This document shows, in pieces, positions 21,499-25,020 of a stretch of DNA of 25,020 nt (positions are counted from its first letter, which is position 1; each line of letters opens with the position of its first letter). A model generated the notes under the pieces. The model saw only the letters and a program-made list of their open reading frames with translations. It made no database searches and was not told the origin of the DNA. Made by a program: the position numbers and the translations under genes. The stretch is taken from NCBI GenBank assembly GCA_002269645.1, contig NIVC01003595.1:1-25020 (forward strand). The letters are read 5' to 3'. Origin of the DNA: Macrostomum lignano (taxonomy: Eukaryota).

Positions 21499-23290
21499 GC
21501 AGACAACCAGTCCAAATCCCCACAGACAGCCAGTCCAAATCCCCGCAGACAGCCAGTCCAAATCCTCACAGACAGTCAGCCCAAATCCTCACAGACAACC
21601 AATCCAAATCCCCACAGACAGCCAGTCCAAATCCTCACAGACAACCAGTCCAAATCCCAACAGACAGCCAGTCCAAATCCTCACAGACAACCAGTCCAAA
21701 TCCCAACAGACAGCCAGTCCAAATCCCCACAGACAGCCAGTCCAAATCCTCACAGACAACCAGTCCAAATCCCAACAGACAGCCAGTCCAAATCCCCACA
21801 GACAGCCAGTCCAAATCCTCACAGACAACCAGTCCAAATCCCCACAGACAGCCAGTCCAAATCCCCACAGACAGCCAATCCAAATCCTCACAGACAGCCA
21901 GTCCAAATCCCCACAGACAGCCAATCCAAATCCTCACAGACAACCAGTCCAAATCCTCACAGACAGTCAGCCCAAATCCTCACAGACAACCAGTCCAAAT
22001 CCCCACAGACAGCCAGTCCAAATCCTCACAGACAACCAGTCCAAATCCTCACAGACAGCCAGTCCAAATCCTCACAGACAGTCAATCCAAATCCTCACAG
22101 ACAGCCAGTCCAAATCCCCACAGACAGCCAGTCCAAATCCTCACAGACAACCAGTCCAAATCCTCACAGACAGTCAGCCCAAATCCTCACAGACAACCAA
22201 TCCAAATCCTCACAGACAGCCAGTCCAAATCCTCACAGACAACCAGTCCAAATCCTCACAGACAACCAGTCCAAATCCCAACAGACAGCCAGTCCAAATC
22301 CCCACAGACAGCCAGTCCAAATCCTCACAGACAACCAGTCCAAATCCCAACAGACAGCCAGTCCAAATCCCCACAGACAGCCAGTCCAAATCCTCACAGA
22401 CAACCAGTCCAAATCCCCACAGACAGCCAGTCCAAATCCCCACAGACAGCCAATCCAAATCCTCACAGACAGCCAGTCCAAATCCCCACAGACAGCCAAT
22501 CCAAATCCTCACAGACAACCAGTCCAAATCCTCACAGACAGTCAGCCCAAATCCTCACAGACAACCAGTCCAAATCCCCACAGACAGCCAGTCCAAATCC
22601 TCACAGACAACCAGTCCAAATCCTCACAGACAGCCAGTCCAAATCCTCACAGACAGTCAATCCAAATCCTCACAGACAGCCAGTCCAAATCCCCACAGAC
22701 AGCCAGTCCAAATCCTCACAGACAACCAGTCCAAATCCTCACAGACAGTCAGTCCAAATCCTCACAGACAGCCAATCCAAATCCCCACAGACAGCCAGTC
22801 CAAATCCCCACACACAGTCAATCCAAATCCTCACAGACAGCCAATCCAAGTTCTCACAGACAGCCAATCCAAGTTCTCACAGACAGCCAATCCAAGTTCT
22901 CACAGACAGTCAATCCAAATCCTCACAGACAGCCAATCCAAGTTCTCACAGACAGCCAATCCAAGTCCTCACAGACAGCCAATCCAAATCCCCACAGACA
23001 GCCAGTCCAAATCCCCACACACAGTCAATCCAAATCCCCACAGACAGCCAGTCCAAATCCCCACACACAGTCAATCCAAATCCCCACAGACAGCCAGTCC
23101 AAATCCCCACACACAGCCAATCCAAATCCCCACAGACAGCCAGTCCAAATCCCCACACACAGCCAATCCAAATCCCCACAGACAGCCAGTCCAAATCCCC
23201 ACACACAGCCAATCCAAATCCCCACAGACAGCCAGTCCAAATCCCCACACACAGCCAATCCAAGTTCTCACAGACGCGCAGTCCAAACCC
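21499..23290. repeat. OGDH intronic minisatellite, 23-nt unit CAGACAGCCAGTCCAAATCCCCA
   Basis: About 78 copies, with an internal ~575-bp (25-unit) duplication visible as near-identical minus-strand ORFs at 21635 and 22210. Confidence 0.97.
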
Positions 23291-23414
23291 CTTTATTCAG
23301 ACACACTAATTCAGTCCTGTGTTAAACTCAAAACTGCCGAATCGACCCACAAAATTAGAGGCTGAATTTCAGCTCAACTGGCACGCACACCGCAATGTAC
23401 TTTGCTAATTGCAG

Positions 23415-23456
23415 GCTTCCCCGCATTCTGTCGGGCGGCAATGTACAGTTGGATCT
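23415..23456 (+). CDS. OGDH: Candidate OGDH alternative mini-exon B (42 nt; GFPAFCRAAMYSWI)
   Basis: Branch-like GCTAAT plus TGCAG acceptor, donor ATCT|GTAAGC, phase 1/1, length divisible by 3, no stop. Confidence 0.62.
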
Positions 23457-24057
23457 GTAAGCCGAACTGTTATCACCTCCTCCCCTTTGTCCACCTTGCA
23501 TACTCACCTGTATCTCACTTGCTCGCTTACTCCAGTCTTCTTAGATGTCTGTCGTAATTTATTTTTAACTTTCTAGTCAAAACAAGTGTTCCATTAATTC
23601 GATTGAGAGAAGTTCTTACCAGCATAAAGAAGAAAATCAATAGTCTGGTATTGCAGTGACGCTGAGCTGCTCTAAAGAGGAACTTCTTCATCTTATCTGT
23701 GCTTTGCCCGAAGTGAATAATCCTTGCACTGTACATGTATTTTGATGTCAATATTACCGCAAACTTTTTTTAAAAAAAATCCCTTTAATAAATGCGCGCT
23801 AAACAGACTACTGAAACTGAATAAGAGTGAGTAGTAAGTATAGGAAAAGCTTTTGAAATCCGATGCACAGTGTCAGTTATATTTACAAGCGCAAGCGTAT
23901 TCACCCAAGTTTTCTATAATGTTCCTTCATCCCTGATGAGTTCTGTTTTTAATTAGATGAATTCTGTTGTCTCAGTAGCTTTTGAGCAACACCAATTTGT
24001 CCTGGGTTTGTTAACAAAGATTGGCGCTCTTAACAAAACCATCCTTGACCAACGCAG

Positions 24058-24313
24058 CCAAGGAGGACATGGAGAAGCGGTTCCGGCTGCCGCAGACCAC
24101 TCTAATTGGGGGAGAGGAGGTCGAGCTGCAGCTCAAGGAGATCATTAACCGGCTGGAGAATGTGTACTGCAAATATATCCGGGCCGAGTTCATGTTTATT
24201 AACAATCACGAGCAGTGCGAATGGCTCAGGGAGAAGTTTGAAACGCCTGGAGTTATGAGCATCACGCCTGATGAGAAGCGGCTGCTGCTGGCCCGGCTGA
24301 TCCGGTCTACCAG
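24058..24313 (+). CDS. OGDH: OGDH constitutive exon after the alternative region
   Basis: [58 protein letters not shown]...[14 protein letters not shown]. Acceptor ACGCAG ends at 24057 (phase 1); donor CAG|GTGGGT at 24314 (phase 2). Confidence 0.93.
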
Positions 24314-24364
24314 GTGGGTCAGCGGCTTTTGGGTCTTCTGGGTCAGGGTGGGCTGTTCGATGGA

Positions 24365-24770
24365 ATGAGTGGGTCAGGCCTGCACACCCAGCATCCGACA
24401 GATGGGTCAGGCGTCACCCCAGCATCAGACAGGTGGGTCAGGCCTGCACACCCAGCATCAGACAGATGGGTCAGGAGTCACCCCAGCATCAGACAGGTGT
24501 GTCAGGCGTCACCCCAGCATCAGACAGGTGGGTCAGGCGTCACCCCAGCATCAGACAGGTGGGTCAGGCGTCACCCCAGCATCAGACAGGTGGGTCAGGC
24601 CTGCACACCCAGCATCAGACAGGTGGGTCAGGCGTCACCCAGCATCAGACAGGTGGGTCAGACGTCACCCAGCATCAGACAGGTGGGTCAGGCCTGCACA
24701 CCCAGCATCAGACAGGTGGGTCAGGCGTCACCCCAGCATCAGACAGCGGGTCAGGCGTCACCCCATAGAT
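24365..24770. repeat. OGDH intronic minisatellite, 30-33 nt unit CCAGCATCAGACAGGTGGGTCAGGCGTCACC
   Basis: About 13 copies; most contain CAG|GTGGGTCA, identical to the real upstream donor. Confidence 0.94.
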
Positions 24771-24813
24771 GCAGCATTCAGTCTCAAGCACTCCGCCCCC
24801 CCCTCCCCCCCAG

Positions 24814-25020
24814 ATTCGAGGAGTTCCTGGCCCGCAAGTGTCGGCAGAGAAGCGGTTCGGCCTGGAGGGCGCCGAGGTGATGATCCCGGCCATGAAGACC
24901 GTGATTGACGTGTCCTCGGACTGGGCGTGGAGAGCTTCAACATCGGCATGCCCCACCGCGGCAGGCTGAACGTCCGCCAATGTGGCCCGCAAGCCGCTGG
25001 AGAATCTGTTCTGCCAGTTC
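24814..25020 (+). CDS. OGDH: OGDH exon running off the window, with three apparent small deletions (~24840, ~24920, ~24975)
   Basis: After frame correction: RFEEFLARK(W)[26 protein letters not shown](xL)[17 protein letters not shown](L)[15 protein letters not shown], the hallmark OGDH KRFGLEG and GMPHRGRLN motifs. Confidence 0.92.

Noticed and set aside
21462-23309. 615-aa mucin-like S/P/Q/T ORF and the antisense W/C/L-rich ORFs
   Set aside because: They coincide exactly with a 23-nt intronic minisatellite. In its unit T is nearly always followed by C, so stops cannot form; there is no signal peptide or unique domain, and the period is not a multiple of 3.
23577-23650. Third candidate OGDH mini-exon (KTSVPLIRLREVLTSIKKKINSL)
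   Set aside because: Open after a TTCTAG acceptor, but the only plausible donor is in the wrong phase or weak, and the sequence is AT-rich unlike the real exons.

Overview
Eukaryotic, intron-containing metazoan DNA with no prokaryotic features. GC-rich exons, introns packed with minisatellites and a possible trans-splice acceptor resemble a flatworm such as Macrostomum, but that is inference only. Contents, left to right: (1) the last three exons of GTF3C3 (TFIIIC TPR subunit, + strand, stop at 6718), preceded by a 4.5-kb pure-pyrimidine array; (2) a 39-nt array and a ~455-bp foldback element; (3) a two-exon gene for a signal-peptide-bearing, extremely Arg-rich (RRRAI)n protein (9720-11002), which the ORF track only half shows; (4) a transposon graveyard at 11.3-16.6 kb: RTE-like and I/Jockey-like LINE pieces, a Ty3/Gypsy pol split by a TIR element, and a second foldback; (5) a 295-bp hAT-type MITE with a perfect 8-bp TSD, carrying a 64-nt copy of the 28S rRNA H69-H71 (R2/I-PpoI target) region whose cleavage site is scrambled; (6) the 5' part of OGDH (2-oxoglutarate dehydrogenase E1, + strand, from 17648 off the window end), with two candidate alternative mini-exons (45 and 42 nt) and a different minisatellite in each large intron. 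Several 1-2 nt deletions break GTF3C3, OGDH and possibly the Arg-rich gene; they are most simply long-read consensus errors. All calls come from reading the sequence and recalled family motifs; no database search was run.
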